The notes under the pieces are model-generated. The model ran no database searches. It had not been told where the DNA came from and saw nothing but the letters and a program-made list of their open reading frames with translations. Positions 24,420 to 37,833 of a stretch of DNA of 64,000 bases are shown here, in pieces; positions within the stretch are counted from its first letter, which is position 1, and each line of letters begins with the position of its first letter. The stretch lies in assembly GCA_002633005.1 (NCBI GenBank), contig NMRA01000262.1:429361-493360 (forward strand), written 5' to 3'. The position numbers were made by a program, and so were the translations under genes. The DNA is from Phoronis australis. Lineage: Eukaryota > Animalia > Phoronida.

Positions 24420-25694
24420 ATAAAAAATAAAATTTGAATTTGTCAATACGGAATGCCAATCTATAATTACGGATTGCTAATCTATGAATACGGATTAACA
24501 ATTTGTCATAACGGATTTCCAATCTGATTGCCCGAATATTAGCACGGATTGCCCATATATTAATACGGATTGCCAATCTATTATTACGAAATGCCTATTT
24601 TATTACTGATTGTCAATCTGTTAATATTGATTGCCAATCTACAGTTACAGATTGCCAATATGTTAGTACAGATTGACAATCTGTAATATCGGATTACCAT
24701 TCAGTAATTACGGATTGTGAATCCGTAAAAGTCATCGTTTACTGTAAATGAAGAGCGCTTAACACCACCTAAAACTGTTAAAAGTTTCCTCTTGAAGAGA
24801 CATCAACAACAAATTATACTAGTACACATTTAGCAACTCCCAGGACTATAGAGGGATGTGGCAATTTTGACAAATCGATGAGATTTGATTGAAATAGATG
24901 ACATGAAATTATCGGATTGAAAATTTGTCTGTTTTAAAAATATAATAGAGGTGATTGAATTTTAACTCAAAGCTGCGGATGTTGAAATCATTGGAGCTAG
25001 CGTTTAGAAGGTTCCCCTTTAACTGTACTTATGGTAAGTCTATGATCGTGGAATAGCAGCATAGTTCAAGCAGTCAGCCTAAAAACGTTATCAGTCCAAA
25101 TTTATCTGAGTACCGGGGATCAGACACTTACATAGGTGAAACGAGACAGTCCATAAAAATGCATATGTCACAACATCGTCCTAGTTACGGGGACACTTAT
25201 GATTCGGCTGCTTTTAGCCACCTGTGCGCCACTGGACATGATTTCAATACTGATGATGTCACTGTCCTAGACTGTGAGGAAGACTGGTTCAGAAGGTGTG
25301 TAAAGGAAGCTCTCCATGAGCGCACTGAGAGTCCCTCTTTAAATAAAAGAGGCGGTTTAAGATTCCATTTGTCACACGTATGGCATGGTGTTCTGACGTC
25401 AATGCCGCGCCGTCTGGTCAAAACGCCACCAATTGGCCAGAATAAAGATAACGTCATAAGTCAGGTTGAAGTCCGTGAGATGCTGACGCAATGTCGCTAA
25501 TTTTTATTCCAGTATTAGACTCAAACTTTGTCTGTTTTCTCAACAGATTTAAATTCTGTATTAACAGAATAGCAATCCGTATTAACAGATTGGCAATCCG
25601 TATTAGCAGATTGGCAATCCGTAATTACAGACTGGCAATACGTATTTTCAGATTCAAATTTTATTTTTTTTTAAGCCCGAACGGGCCTCCGTAG
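24420..25694. mobile_element. Foldback-like element with inverted arms built of 21-bp repeats
   Basis: The ACGGATTGCCAATCT array (24445-24730) and AAAAAATAAAATTTGAAT are mirrored at 25560-25670. The right end is GGGCCTCCGTAG. Confidence 0.65.
25120..25500 (+). mobile_element. Penelope GIY-YIG fragment nested in the foldback element
   Basis: YIGETRQSIKMHMSQHR...SAAFSHL...GHDF...VLDCEEDWFRRCVKEAL...PSLNKRGGLR is homologous to 4270-4600. Confidence 0.85.
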
Positions 25695-26529
25695 AGAAGT
25701 GCATGGATAAGAGTGATTTTTGAACGGGGCTGACTGTTGTTGTGTCATGTTGTGGCATATTCATTTTTGGACCGTGGCTCAGTACAAGTTCTTTAACCGA
25801 TCTTCGTGAAACTGGTCATGTGTCTCCATTCAAGAAAATATAACTGAGGTGGGTTTTAAGACAAGACTACAGCGGATTCGTCTCTGACAGTTTTGTTTTT
25901 CTTATCATTTTGCATTGATATATACCAAGCTTTACTGCACAGAAGTTACAATCATTAAACATCAGTCCCTTTCTTGTTTTATATGGAACAAAGTGTCACG
26001 TTACAGTATCTATATTTTGGCAATTGCCCCGTGTGCAATATTAGATTTATTATTTGATCTTTAAAGTATAGTTACAATTGGTATTCTCTTGTGATGATTT
26101 GCATGTACATGTATAATTACAGATCCAAGATATCTCTGTTTACCAGGCGATTTACGTCAAGCTCTAATCAAATGTTGGTTGATTTGATACTAACAAAAAC
26201 TTTTGGTTTACTGGAATATTTTGGCTAATATAGTTAATTGTACATGTTATATGAGGTAGATGTAGATTGTTTATTAACCATTTGTACATGTTAAGAATAG
26301 CAAAGCTGATATGCATTTACAGAGCATTCAAATAAATTCATCCAACAAAGGAAACTCCGAGCTGCCCCATAGGAGGGGCATCACTCAAATAGGTATTTTG
26401 TCTTGTCATTTACTGTCTCTGTTCTTTATGTCATTTTGGTTGGGTAAGCAAAAGACACGAGATATTTCATTATCAGGTATTTTCTCGGGTATCCAAATTA
26501 CATAGTCAAACTGATATTGCGTTGGTCTG

Positions 26530-26922
26530 GGCCCGGTCTCCAATCTTTTTACTCGAAATGGAACTCGAAATTAGGTTTGGCATTTTCTACTCTACTTTTG
26601 GGCGAACTCAAGATAAGTGTCTATGCTCGAGTACACAATAACTTACGTAGATAATTAATTGCTCTTAGTTCACAGTTTGTAAACCCAATATTAAAGCAAT
26701 AAGTTCGAGTTTGAACTCGAAATTTCGAGTTTTTACTCGAGTTTGTAGCACGAATATTAGGGTCTTCAAGGGCAAGCTTGAACTAGAAACTCCTATGCAT
26801 AAACTATAATGTATTCGAGCACAGTCTGATAACCAATTATCTTAAGTTCGCACTAAAGGAGCAGAGAAATTGCCAAAAATAGTTTCGAGTTCGTTTCGGG
26901 TACAAAGATTAGAGACCGGGCC
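26530..26922. mobile_element. Harbinger-type MITE
   Basis: TIR GGCCCGGTCTC.AATCTTT / AAAGATTAGAGACCGGGCC with CTG/CAG (CWG) flanks. Confidence 0.75.
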
Positions 26923-27459
26923 CAGGATTATGAAAGTACAGCCCTTACACAGGAGACAGAAGAGAAACCCGGGAAACCGGTTCATCTCTTGAGACATAAC
27001 GCAGCCCTCCATTGACGAAAATTTGGTTGAAGACCCGACTGTACTTTTCGTGTGACTGCTTAATACATACTCGCTCGTACCAAAAGACACACTTGCCTGT
27101 ATGTAAATTAATGTTTAACATATCCTAACTAACCTGGGATATAAATATTAATGCTAGAAACGTTAAGTAGTTTTCTTGTGCTGGTATTTTGCAGCAGTCA
27201 TCGTCCATCAGATGTTATCCCCAAAATGTGAGATGGGCAATTTTGGAGAAGCTAAATCTATGCTACAGATTAATCATTCCACCTAGGTGTACAAATAAGC
27301 TAAGTCAAAAATATATGATATGTCATGTTACCAGTTCTGTCTGATTTCCTCGTGCAGTCAATCTTAAAGAGGCCTGGGACGTGATAAACAAAGTAAATTG
27401 CAATATTGAAAGACGTTCTATGCCATTACAACAAAACTCGACCTGTTCACCAGGTAGTT

Positions 27460-28020
27460 CAGCATAACGTGCATACATGAGCACAATATCGTACATACAC
27501 CAGTACAATATTGCACATACAGTTGAACAACATCGTGCATACAGTATAATATCCTACATGCAGTAGTACAGCATCGTGTATACTGTAACACAACAACGTG
27601 TATACATTAAAACAACATCGTGCGTACATCTGTACAACATCCTGCATACAGTAGTACAACATCGTGCATAGAGTTCCACAACACCGTGTATACTGTAACA
27701 AAACACAGTGCATACACTAGCACAACATCGGGCATACAGCAACACAACATTGTACATACAGTAGTACAATATCTTCTATACAGTAGCATAACATCGCGCA
27801 TACTGTACCACAACATCGTAAATACAGTAACACAATATCGGGCATACGGTAACAAAACATCGTGTATACGGTAGTACAACATCGTGCATACATCAACACA
27901 ACATCACGAATAGAGTACCACATCCTGAATACAGAACATCGTGCATACAGTAACAGAACACCGTGTATACAGTAGCACAACATGGCGCATATACATGTAC
28001 TAGTATAGCATCGTGTCTAC
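27460..28020. repeat. About 22-bp minisatellite, about 25 diverged units
   Basis: CATCGTGCATACAGTAGTACAA-like units. They explain the stacked Cys/Tyr-rich ORFs here. Confidence 0.9.
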
Positions 28021-29259
28021 TCTTGCTTATTTATTCGAGTATTAAGGAGAAATGCATGTTTCCCAAAAATTTGTTTTTGCCTTTTCTTGTTGGCTGGAAT
28101 ACAGTCTGTGTCGTCAATATGCGACAGACATAGGTCGCACATTTCCATCGCCTGAAATGGAGATGAGAGATTATCAATGTACGGTTATGTCTCATATCAC
28201 GCTTTGGGATAGCTTTGACTGGTTTACAAGTGAGATTTGGCTTATTTGCTCGTGTTACTTGCGACCATGCTTGTGATGGTTGTACATTTTTCTTGATAAT
28301 GGTGAATTATTTTCATCGAAACGTTGTAATGTATATATTTAAATACACAATGCTGAGCACAATTGTGCTGAGTTTGTTGCAATCTCATTTTTTAACAAAA
28401 TGTCTGGGCATCAACTGGGAAACCATTGAGATATAAACAGCTCATTGTGGGAAACACACTGTGCTGCTCACATTAGGGCCATGCGCGATATGATGTATTT
28501 GTTCCTCAGGGCGTTAGACTCTTGTCCCGTTTCTCGGCAAATTACGCAGTAAGTAGTTATTTCTACTCCTTATCTGGTATGCCTTATATTCTTCACTGGA
28601 GTTAGTTTATAGGTTGTTTTCTTCCTTATGTAAAAGTTGTGAACTTTCCTATCTTTTTGAGACTGGCCGCGTCGTTCCTCGTCTGCTATGTTGCATTTGT
28701 GTAGCCCACAGCTGTTGTCGAATCTCGTGCGATTTATATCACTTTTTCACTGTATTGTATTTCCTTCTCTTCTGTTGTTTTTACCATACCAAATACACGT
28801 TGTGTTGTACCTTGTGTTTCATGGTTAACGTCTGCACCATCGAGGGCAGGACAGATACAACACACGATCTGCTCAGACTGAGCGCGTCTTTTTGTTTGTA
28901 GATTTGGCTTGCATACAGGTCGTTACTCGAATATGTTCATATTGATTTTACGACTCTTCTGTGCTACAGTATAACTTGTCAACAAAACCAAATCATTACC
29001 GATATGTTTGTTTCAAAAGATACACATGTTGGAGCTACCGTGTAAGTGCAGTGTGTATAAAGGGAGAATTGTATGACTTATTCTGCCGAAAACGTTGTTA
29101 TTAAACGAATATTCGAACACAGAATGAGCACATAGGTACACAGCGATAGTTTAACAAAGCAGTTAACTCGATAATAACAATATACATGCGTCAGTTCCAA
29201 CACAGATGCATTACGTAGAGGTATACGGTGACACTGTCGTTTGGACGCGAATGATTACG

Positions 29260-29760
29260 GCTCAGAAGAACGCAGTTTCCCTTATAGGCCCTAAAAGATG
29301 CAGGAGTAAGAACCAGTCATTCTGCTCAGTGACATGTTTGCTCTTTAACGGGAGGCGCAGGTCCTTTTTGTCAGGGAACTGAAAGGGGCGAGTTCCCAAG
29401 CCATACGGCATTTTTCTACACTCACAAGAAATGGGAGGCTTTACTTTAAATACTAAGGAAATTTTGTCAACCACAGCATTCCTAACCCTAAAATTAACCC
29501 TAACCCAGCAAATTTATTGCGAGGCAAACTAAAGAGAAAGCAAAATTTTCATTTATGTTTTTAGGTTGTTCATTTATATTTGATGACGCGGCCCCGTAAG
29601 CTAACATCTGTTGTTCGATCATCCTAAACTTGTCTGTTCTCGCGCGGGAACTAATAATAGAACCTGGTGTTTCCCTTTCATTTGTAAACTGAATTTTAGA
29701 GGCAGGGCTTGATGACTGAACCAATAATCATCCTCTTTGTTTTTGTAATTCAAATTGAAG
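29260..29760 (-). pseudogene. Highly decayed Penelope-like RT/EN remnant
   Basis: SKIQFTNERETPGSI resembles the PLE RT motif IxFTxExExxGxL. Downstream ISCECRK...GTRP...KSKHVTE is weakly GIY-YIG-like. Confidence 0.35.
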
Positions 29761-29848
29761 TTTTTGTTAAGGGAGCCCTATTCAAAACGATATCAAACGC
29801 TGCTGTTATGTAATGTTTTTCAAGTTTCTGATTCTTTCATCTGAAAGT

Positions 29849-30024
29849 GATCGTTCTCGGAGATGATCCACTGGCTGAAAGAGGACCGGCAGACTGGCAA
29901 TAAAAGGGATCGTTCTCGGAGATGACCCACTGGCTGAAAGAGGACCGGCAGACTGGCAATAAAAAGGATCGTACTCGGAGATGATCCACTGGCTGAAAGA
30001 GGACCGGCAGTCTGGCAATAAAAG
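29849..30024. repeat. 59-bp tandem repeat, 3 copies
   Basis: GATCGTTCTCGGAGATGATCCACTGGCTGAAAGAGGACCGGCAGACTGGCAATAAAA starts at 29849, 29908 and 29967. Confidence 0.95.
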
Positions 30025-30478
30025 CATTAAATTTTGTAATGAAGCAAAACTTTTTTCTAAACAGAGTTTTCATCATTGCATAAGTTCGTTGCGTAAACAA
30101 AGGACCCTTTGTGTTATATTTACTACAGTGTTGGGTGAATGAGTGGACTTCGTCGCCTTTCTGACGTAGAGCTAAACGTATGGCATGTTCCCTGTGTAGG
30201 TGTCGATAGGTCAGTTTTCAGAGTGATGGACTAGTGTTCGGGAGTTCCGGAGTTTGACTCATAGGTCGGGACAAGCGATTCAGAGTGGCATTGTAACCCC
30301 TTGTAATTCGGTGGAAATTACGTTACCGTCTAGGAAAAATCCTAATTTGATGTGTTCACACATTATACAAATAACCATCTGATTCAGATGATGTAGTTAT
30401 ACTTGACTCAAGATCAAATTCCAACCATATACCGCCTGTTCCTGGCATGCTCTCGATAGGTGAGTGGTAGAAGTGAAC

Positions 30479-33330
30479 AGTGCATGCCCAAATTGTAACA
30501 ACGTCCCAAATTGTCACAACTTCATAACTGTGAGAATTTAGTCAGCACTGTAGGTGGAAGTTGTCCCAATTTGACCGAATTGCCACGTGCATTGTTGTCT
30601 GTTTTTTTCGTAGCCGTACTGAATCATTTTTTCGAGAGCCCATCGTAGACGACAACGTTGGTGTGTGTTGGGTCATCCACATTATTGTCTCTCCATTCAC
30701 CTATTTCACGAACGCGGGGCGCTGCTGTCGTGTTGATCGAAAACGAGGCGCCTTGACAAACATGGCGTCGTCCTGCAAGGTGGTGTGGTCAAAAGCCTTA
30801 TCAACATTACCAAAAATCAAGTTTGCTGATGTTGAATCGATCTCCGAAAACATACCAATACGCACGGAAACTAGACTTTTACCCTCCTCAGCCATTCCTC
30901 CGTAGTTTTCCCTTTTTTGGAAAAGTGTGGAAGTCAGGGATTTACCCAGGCTTTTAGTCTTGAAAAATCCTGCTCGCCAGCTGGGCGAATGCCGGAGCCA
31001 GAAAATCTACTCGCCCGAAGTTCAGTCACCCGGCCGTTGGCGCCAGTCACCACAAACTTGCTAATAGTTTAAAATAGTTTAAATAAAAATGATCGTTTCG
31101 TGCACTGATGTCACCATCTATTAGGGTTACCGTATTCTTGCCCTAATAATTAGCTTCCAGGGGACGCTTTTTGTAGCCCACGGCGGTTAAAACCCGGTCT
31201 CCGCTGTGACGTATGTGTAACCTATGACAGACTTTCTACAAAACTGTGGTGCATTGCTATCAAACTCTGTTGTTAATCTTTAAAAAAATATGCTGAAATC
31301 CCAGGGCGAAAACTTGCCGACTGATGCGTCGCTGCTTCGCGATCGTCGATAGGACAACTTGAATTGAGTAAAAATAGTTTCGACTCAAATTGCCTCAAAT
31401 CCTGCTTAAGTTTTCCAAATAGCCTGTCCTAAGATTCTTAAGTTCCTGTGGACTCGGAGTCGGTATTAACCGCAGATTAAGTTAAAATCTGCGCTAGAAC
31501 GCACCCGGCAACGAGAAAAATCTGGACGAACACATATGTTGTTGTCACGTGACGTTTGTATTGAACTTGAGTCAACAGGTGTGCACCGAGTGAGCGAGCG
31601 CGTGCGTGTCATCAGTGCTCATTTGCCAGAGTAGCAGGCCCAATGAGCTGTATATGTAGTTATATTTATCTCATTGAGCATGCCCACATGTAGGCCCTAG
31701 CGCGCGCTTCTTGGCCAAGTTTCGATTCGCGGTTTTTATAATTTTACGTGTACAAAGCAATCTGGATTCCTGTTGTGGGAGAAAATCTGTACGGGAAAGA
31801 TACAATACCAATCCCGTTGACCAGTACGCTGCATCTGTTCGAAGGGCCAGACCATATAGTGTGACACTTTCCTCGCAAGATCAGCAAATCTTTTGCGTTC
31901 TTTTTGAAGCACTGCGGAACGGTTTGAAGTGTACAGCCACGGCTAAATACCGACATAGGGACGAGGCTCGGGGTCTACTAGAAATTCCGCGCACAGTGAT
32001 TTTTCAGGACTGTCGGATATTATTGATAAATTGAATACATTACTGGAGAATTTTAGAACTGTGAGGTAATACATTTTTCGCACAAATATATACACATTCA
32101 TGGACTGGGCGCTTATTTTAGCGAAGTCTAGAAAGGAGTGGGGACGCAGTGTTATAGGGGCATGGGCGCTTATGTTATAAAATAATTTTGGCCAAAATGA
32201 CATTGTACATTACAAAAAGGAATCAGTTCCAAGAAATATAGTATTTCATTTGCTATGAGCACATGGACCGGTCTTCCACCTAATTTCTCCCCTTTTCTTC
32301 GTTTCGGACTAGTCCGCAAATTCTTTGTGCACGACCACACACTGTGATTTTTTGACGAATCGCGTAACGGGTGACATGTACTGAATCGGTAGGGTCGCAC
32401 TGCGCCGATGTTTTTTACTGCCGGAGCATCGACACGATGACCAAACTGACCCTTAAATTCATGATAAAAACAGCACAAGTAGGAGGAAAATTATTCATAT
32501 TCATCCGGGAATATCGGATATATAGTGCTTTTGCGCTTTGAAATTCGCTCGCCACCAGGGCGACCGGCAAGTCAACTTCTACTCGCCCAGCACCATTTTT
32601 ACTCGCATTGGCGACTGGGCGAGTGGCTAAGTATATCCCTGGGAAGGATACCGACGAGTTGGAATTGGTACGTTCAGGCACTGCACAGTACACCATCAAG
32701 GCCAGCTGATGACCGCTCACGAGGTTTTATCAGTGTGCCTCGTTTTCGATCAGTATTTAAAGATGGCGCGGGAAGATGGCGCTTTCGTGAAATAGGTGAA
32801 TAGGGGCAACAGACACTTCGTTTCCTTCTCGGTCCACGCTTGACCTCGCTTCGTTTTGGCATTGGCATGTTCTCAGATGTGACTCACAATGATGACAACT
32901 TGTACGCATTTGCAGCAAAGCGGATAACTATAAGTGTGTTGCCTCACACAAGGGCGTATTTGTGTTCATTGACAAAAATACATGTAAACGAGCCATTTGT
33001 AGTGAAACCTCCCATCCCGGTAGGTACTTGAGCAATTGAGACAGTTTGGGCCTGTACTATGCGCTTGAAACTGGTGGCTGTTGCATACACCTGTGAACCA
33101 CTACAGGTATGTTATATCAGTTTTAAAAAATAGTGTTTCCACTTATAATTAAGAAAGTGCGCATATTTTAAGTGTGACAATTTGGGTCGTATTAACAATT
33201 TGGGCCTATGCAGGTTTACACTGACACACGCAAAAAATGCTGTGACAGTTTTGGCCGGCAACGCAGACCCAAATTGTAACAATTTTGAAGTTGTGACAAT
33301 TGGGGATGTTGTGACATTTGGGCCTGCACA
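30479..33330. mobile_element. Unclassified TIR element (outer host of a nested cluster)
   Basis: Imperfect TIR of about 45-60 bp, GTGCATGCCCAAATTGTAACAACGTCCCAAATTGTCACAACTTCA versus 33286-33330. No clear TSD. Confidence 0.65.
30697..32799 (+). mobile_element. ISL2EU-like non-autonomous element
   Basis: TIR TCACCTATTTCACGAA with AT on both flanks. Short ORF start MASSCKVVWSKALSTLPKIKFADV. Near-identical inverted copy at 48518-49694. Confidence 0.8.
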
Positions 33331-33404
33331 ATATACACTTAGTATTCAGGGTTTGATTTCTAGGTGAAAAAGGTGACAGACTGACGACAATAGCTACATT
33401 TTTT

Positions 33405-33440
33405 TTAAGTAGAATTTTGATCCGATTGGATACTTCCACA
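33405..33440 (-). CDS. Candidate terminal exon of gene B (CGSIQSDQNST*)
   Basis: TTTTTTACAG acceptor 207 nt downstream of the phase-0 donor at 33647. No homology support. Confidence 0.3.
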   Translation of the reverse strand, partial: CGSIQSDQNST

Positions 33441-33647
33441 CTGTAAAAAATATCCGTTTGATTATAAATTAAAAGCTTGCTCCATGGTTCGAGTACTCAA
33501 ATCTACGTGTTACATGTAGGTGCAACCACCTTCATATACAGGCATACATATCTTACTGCGCACATACACTAATGACATGCATGTTTTTCGTCTGCCATCC
33601 GACAGTTATGTGCATCTAGACACAGACCAGAAACATGAGTTGCTCAC

Positions 33648-33842
33648 CCATTTGTAGAAGGTACTTGCGCCGGCGCTGACTTCGGACATTTCTTCCGGCG
33701 TGTGTTGCACCAATATCTGCCGCACTCTTGACGCAATTTCTGGATGCAACGCTCTAACATCAAATTCCTGCACTCTCTTGAGCAGGTCGTCATATTCGTT
33801 GTTGCGTATAGTACTGAATCGCCTTTTGCATTCACTCCACCT
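33648..33842 (-). CDS. Gene B exon: second half of dynein MTBD-like domain
   Basis: CTTTTCTTAAAAG acceptor and TGG|GTGAGC donor, 65 codons: RWSECKRRFSTIRNNEYDDLLKRVQEFDVRALHPEIASRVRQILVQHTPEEMSEVSAGASTFYKW. This frame is not shown in the ORF track. Confidence 0.85.
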
Positions 33843-34044
33843 CTTTTAAGAAAAGGCAACACAGAGGTCAGTCACAGCAATGTATACAGGTATTACATTG
33901 TGACCATAGCAGTGTAGGTGTGAAGGTAACCTTGAAACCGATTTTCACGGATCTCTATTGATAAATTACATTCAAGCATACACAAGTCTGTCTAATAAGG
34001 TGCCTGAAAAAGAACAGCACGGCAACTTTTTTCTCCGTTTCCAA

Positions 34045-34257
34045 CTATCTCTACACTTACATGTATCAACTCTATCGATAGATTCACCATCTCTATCGAT
34101 AAACTTAGTAATTCTATCGATATACTTACTAACTCTATCGATAGATTAACTATCTCTATTGACAGACTTCGACAGACTTACTATCTCTATCGATAGACTT
34201 AGTACCTCTATTGATAGACTTACTATATCTATCGATAGATTTAGTAACTTTATCGAT
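34045..34257. repeat. About 21-bp minisatellite with a palindromic core
   Basis: CTCTATCGATAGACTTA-type units. Confidence 0.85.
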
Positions 34258-34709
34258 GTGTTTAGAACTAATGCGATGTATCATGACCCACAACACAGTC
34301 AGTGCGACAGGCGCAACAATTATTTAAATAGTTAAATGATCTTGTATGAATCCTATGATGTTTTTTATCTGTCATACCTCCAACAGAGGGTTGCTACGGA
34401 ATAATAATCACTGATCACTTGTCTCGGCATACAATGCTGATGTAGACACCCCTAACCAGTGCTGTAGTGGGGCGTGGGCGCACGTAGGTGCAGCCAACCA
34501 CCTTTTGGCATTTGAACGTAGTACCTACGCACCGTAAGTTACGTTTAGTATTCAATGTGATACGGTGGGCTTTGGGCGCCTACTTTCCTCTTATTTTACT
34601 ACTAAAGCACTGCCACCAACTCATTCTGTCTTTATCAGCCATTATCCCGGGTCGCACAGACCCTATCTTTGGTTAGAGCGGTGCCGTTGGACCTCAGAAT
34701 TGGCGACCA

Positions 34710-36159
34710 TTTTTATGCACCCACATATTTATAAGTGGACGCATTATGCCGTCTTCTGCGTCCGTCCGTCCGTCCGTCCGGGTGGCGTCCGGCGTCCGCT
34801 AACCAATTGACGTATGCTCATGAAATTTTGCACATGTGTTCCTTTAATAGATGGGACGGCATGAGCGAACTTTCGGACAGATCTAACTACCGGTGTGCCC
34901 CCTAGTGGCAATTTTAGTTTTTTACGTTTACCTCTATCTTCAAAGGTCCACAACGTATTTTCATAAAATTTGGTATATAGGCATCTATTAATGAGACGAC
35001 GGTATCCTCCCGTTTTCGGATGGATTCAACGTAATTTGCGCCACTTAGTGGCCATTTTTTATTGTTTTCGAGTCTGTTTTTTTACTTCCACCCTTCTAGC
35101 AACCAAACCGCTCTAACCATGATTGTGAAAATTGACATATATCTTCTTACTGTGAAGAGGACGGCTGACGATGATTTTCCGACGACTTCGACTACTGTGG
35201 CGCCTCCTAGTGGCAGTTTTGTTTTTTTGCGCCTATGGCTATTTCTCCTAAACCGTTTGCAGCATCTTTACTAAATTTAATAAGTGCATTTATATGATGT
35301 TGACAATGGACGACAACGACTTTCGGATAGATCTTAAAACTGGTGTGCCACCTAGTGGCAATTGTAGTGTTTATGTTTACCTCTATATCTTCAAAAGTCC
35401 TGGCGTACAGGCTTCTGTTAGTGAGGTGACACTATCTTTTCGTTTTCAGATGGATTCGACCTTTTTTACGCCACCTAGTGGCCATTTTTAATGTTTTAGA
35501 TTCTTTTCTTGGCGTCCACCCCTCTATCAACCAAACCGCTTTCAGGATAATTATGAAAATTGGCATGTATGTTTTTACTAAAAAGTGGACGGCTGACGAT
35601 GATTTTCCGATGACTTCGACTATTGTGGCCCCTCCTAGTGGTAGTTTCTTTTTTGCGCCCATAGCTCACCTAAACCGTTTGCAGGATCTGTACTAAATTT
35701 AAGAAGTGTGTTTATATGATGTTGAAAACGGACGACGATGATTTTGGGATGGATCTGACTACTGGTATGCCCCCTGGTGGGAATTTTAGTTTTACGTTTA
35801 CCTCTTTAGCTTCAAAGGTCCTCAACTGATTTTCATAAAATTTTGAATACGGGCATATATTGGTGAGATGACGCTATCCTCCTGTTTTCGGATGGAATCA
35901 ATGTACTTTGCGCCACCTAGTGGCCATTTTTGCTGTTTTCGAGTCTGTTTTTGGCGTCTACCTCTCTATTAACCAAATCATCAGGGATTTTTATGAAATT
36001 TGGTCTATAGCTTTCTATTAAAGAAGCAACGACATGTTTTCGGACGGATTGTATGTTTTTGTGCCTTCTAGTGCCATTTTATGACACAAATAAGTAAGCT
36101 AAAAGCACACCATTTGTAATGCATTCGTGGGCGCATTTCAAAGCTCCGCGTTGCTCTTG
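34710..36159 (+). mobile_element. Second HINE/Helentron-type element, intronic in gene B
   Basis: Same termini, GTCC microsatellite, internal satellite and 3' hairpin as 10559-12268. Confidence 0.85.
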
Positions 36160-37833
36160 TTATACCTTGCAACTGTACAGTTCGTTCTGGGTTTGTCAAT
36201 ATATGGGTAAGCAAGTTACGACTGAGCTGGTATTCAGAGTCCGTCATTGATAATACGCTTTCAATAATGTCTAAAATCATTGTTTTTAAATCACTGTACT
36301 GTTGATTTCAAGTTTGACAGTATGTTGGCTTTTGCTGAGGCTCAAGAACTCAAATGTAGGCACCAAACAGACTTCTGAACTATTGACATTGTTTCTTTAA
36401 TTGAGTAGACAAGCTTTTGTAATGTAGAAGTTGATTTGTTGGGTTGCGCATTGTTTACTTTAAAGTACTACATAGTAACTGTGGCGGTAACTGTAAGCAA
36501 GATAGGATTTAAGTCGTTCATTTTTTCAACAAAATTTGTAGTGGCATATATGATTTCTTGTGTTTTACGTGTATATAAAAATGGTGATGCCGTAACTATA
36601 AGCAAGATACACGTACGATTTGTTACTTTCAGAAGGTTAGACCTATCGACAATAGCTTCCATTTTTGAAGGTTTACTGACCATTGCATCGAAGTGCCATG
36701 TTTTAACCGCCCGTTTATCACAGGTACAATCAGATTGTGTGCAGTTGCCAGTACGACAGTAAAGATAATTTTTGAGAATTGTTCTTATTGAGTGATAAGG
36801 AGTTACTGGATTTAAGAATTTTATTTTTACTAAATAAATATTCAATGAATACTATTTAAGTTTCACTCCAAACATTCACTTCTGGTATCAAAATTGTATG
36901 TATAAACAAAAAGTGTAGCATCGGAACTAACTGTTTGAATTTGTCATGAGCAATTATTTATTATATGACCTCAAGGGAGAACGGGATAAAACACAATGAA
37001 TAAATGACAATAGACAGATTAAAATTAAATTAAAAGGCTCTGGTGATAGCAAATGGTCATGAGAGAAGAGTCCAGACAACGAAAACGGTTGTCCCTGGGA
37101 TTTGACGTTTTGTTAGGCTCACATTTTGAAAATATATCCTCCGAACTAGCCGTTTACAACGTCTGGCTTCATCTCCACACCGATCAATGACAGTTAACAA
37201 CTGCCAAAATGTGCCTCATGGTACAGTTACACCATTTGCTACCCACTTCTGATGCATAACCGTATCAACGTGCATCTGACCCCAACCCGCGATGTGTTTT
37301 GTTTTATGTGCATCAATTTCAGTTTAATCACCAGTCGTCTCTTTATCTAACGCCATTATTTGTGTACTAGTCGTACGTCGCCATTACATGTATTTGTGTA
37401 CTATTCGTACGTCACATTTGGTTATTGTGTTTCCTGTCGCTGTTCTATAAAAATACAGACGTTCATGTAAGCCAAGTCGTCTTTTATTATTACTGGCGTA
37501 ATGTGTCTTGCTCTTATGCCTCTCTGTTGTCTTTCATGTTTTGTCCATAGCCCATTGTTGTTAGGTTCTGAGTACAGGGCGTTGGGTACACTGGCTGGAA
37601 TTAGGTATTCGCCAGTGGTTGGAGCGGGCTGTTCTGAGCAGGCTTCGTACTCTATAAGTGTTTTGGGCTGCATTTCGTATTGTATTTTCGTGTCTTTATA
37701 CATTAGGTCAGTTTAGAGTAATTGTAGTTGCTAGTAAGACTAAGCTTCACAGTGTTCAGTAGTACAGTTACGCATACTGGTTTGATTTCACGAAAAAAGG
37801 TGATTTGTGTTTCAGGAGTCACTACTTTCTTAC

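Noticed and set aside
27323-27983. Cys/Tyr-rich ORFs (keratin-associated or metallothionein-like)
   Set aside because: Open in several frames on both strands because of the 22-bp minisatellite.
29849-30024. 59-bp repeat as a CRISPR array or tandem hammerheads
   Set aside because: Units are contiguous with no unique spacers and the context is eukaryotic. CTGAAAGA lacks a convincing stem II and GAAA core.
33644-33862. ORF-track 72-aa protein MLPFLKRGG...
   Set aside because: Wrong frame. The overlapping frame with proper splice sites encodes the MTBD-like exon.
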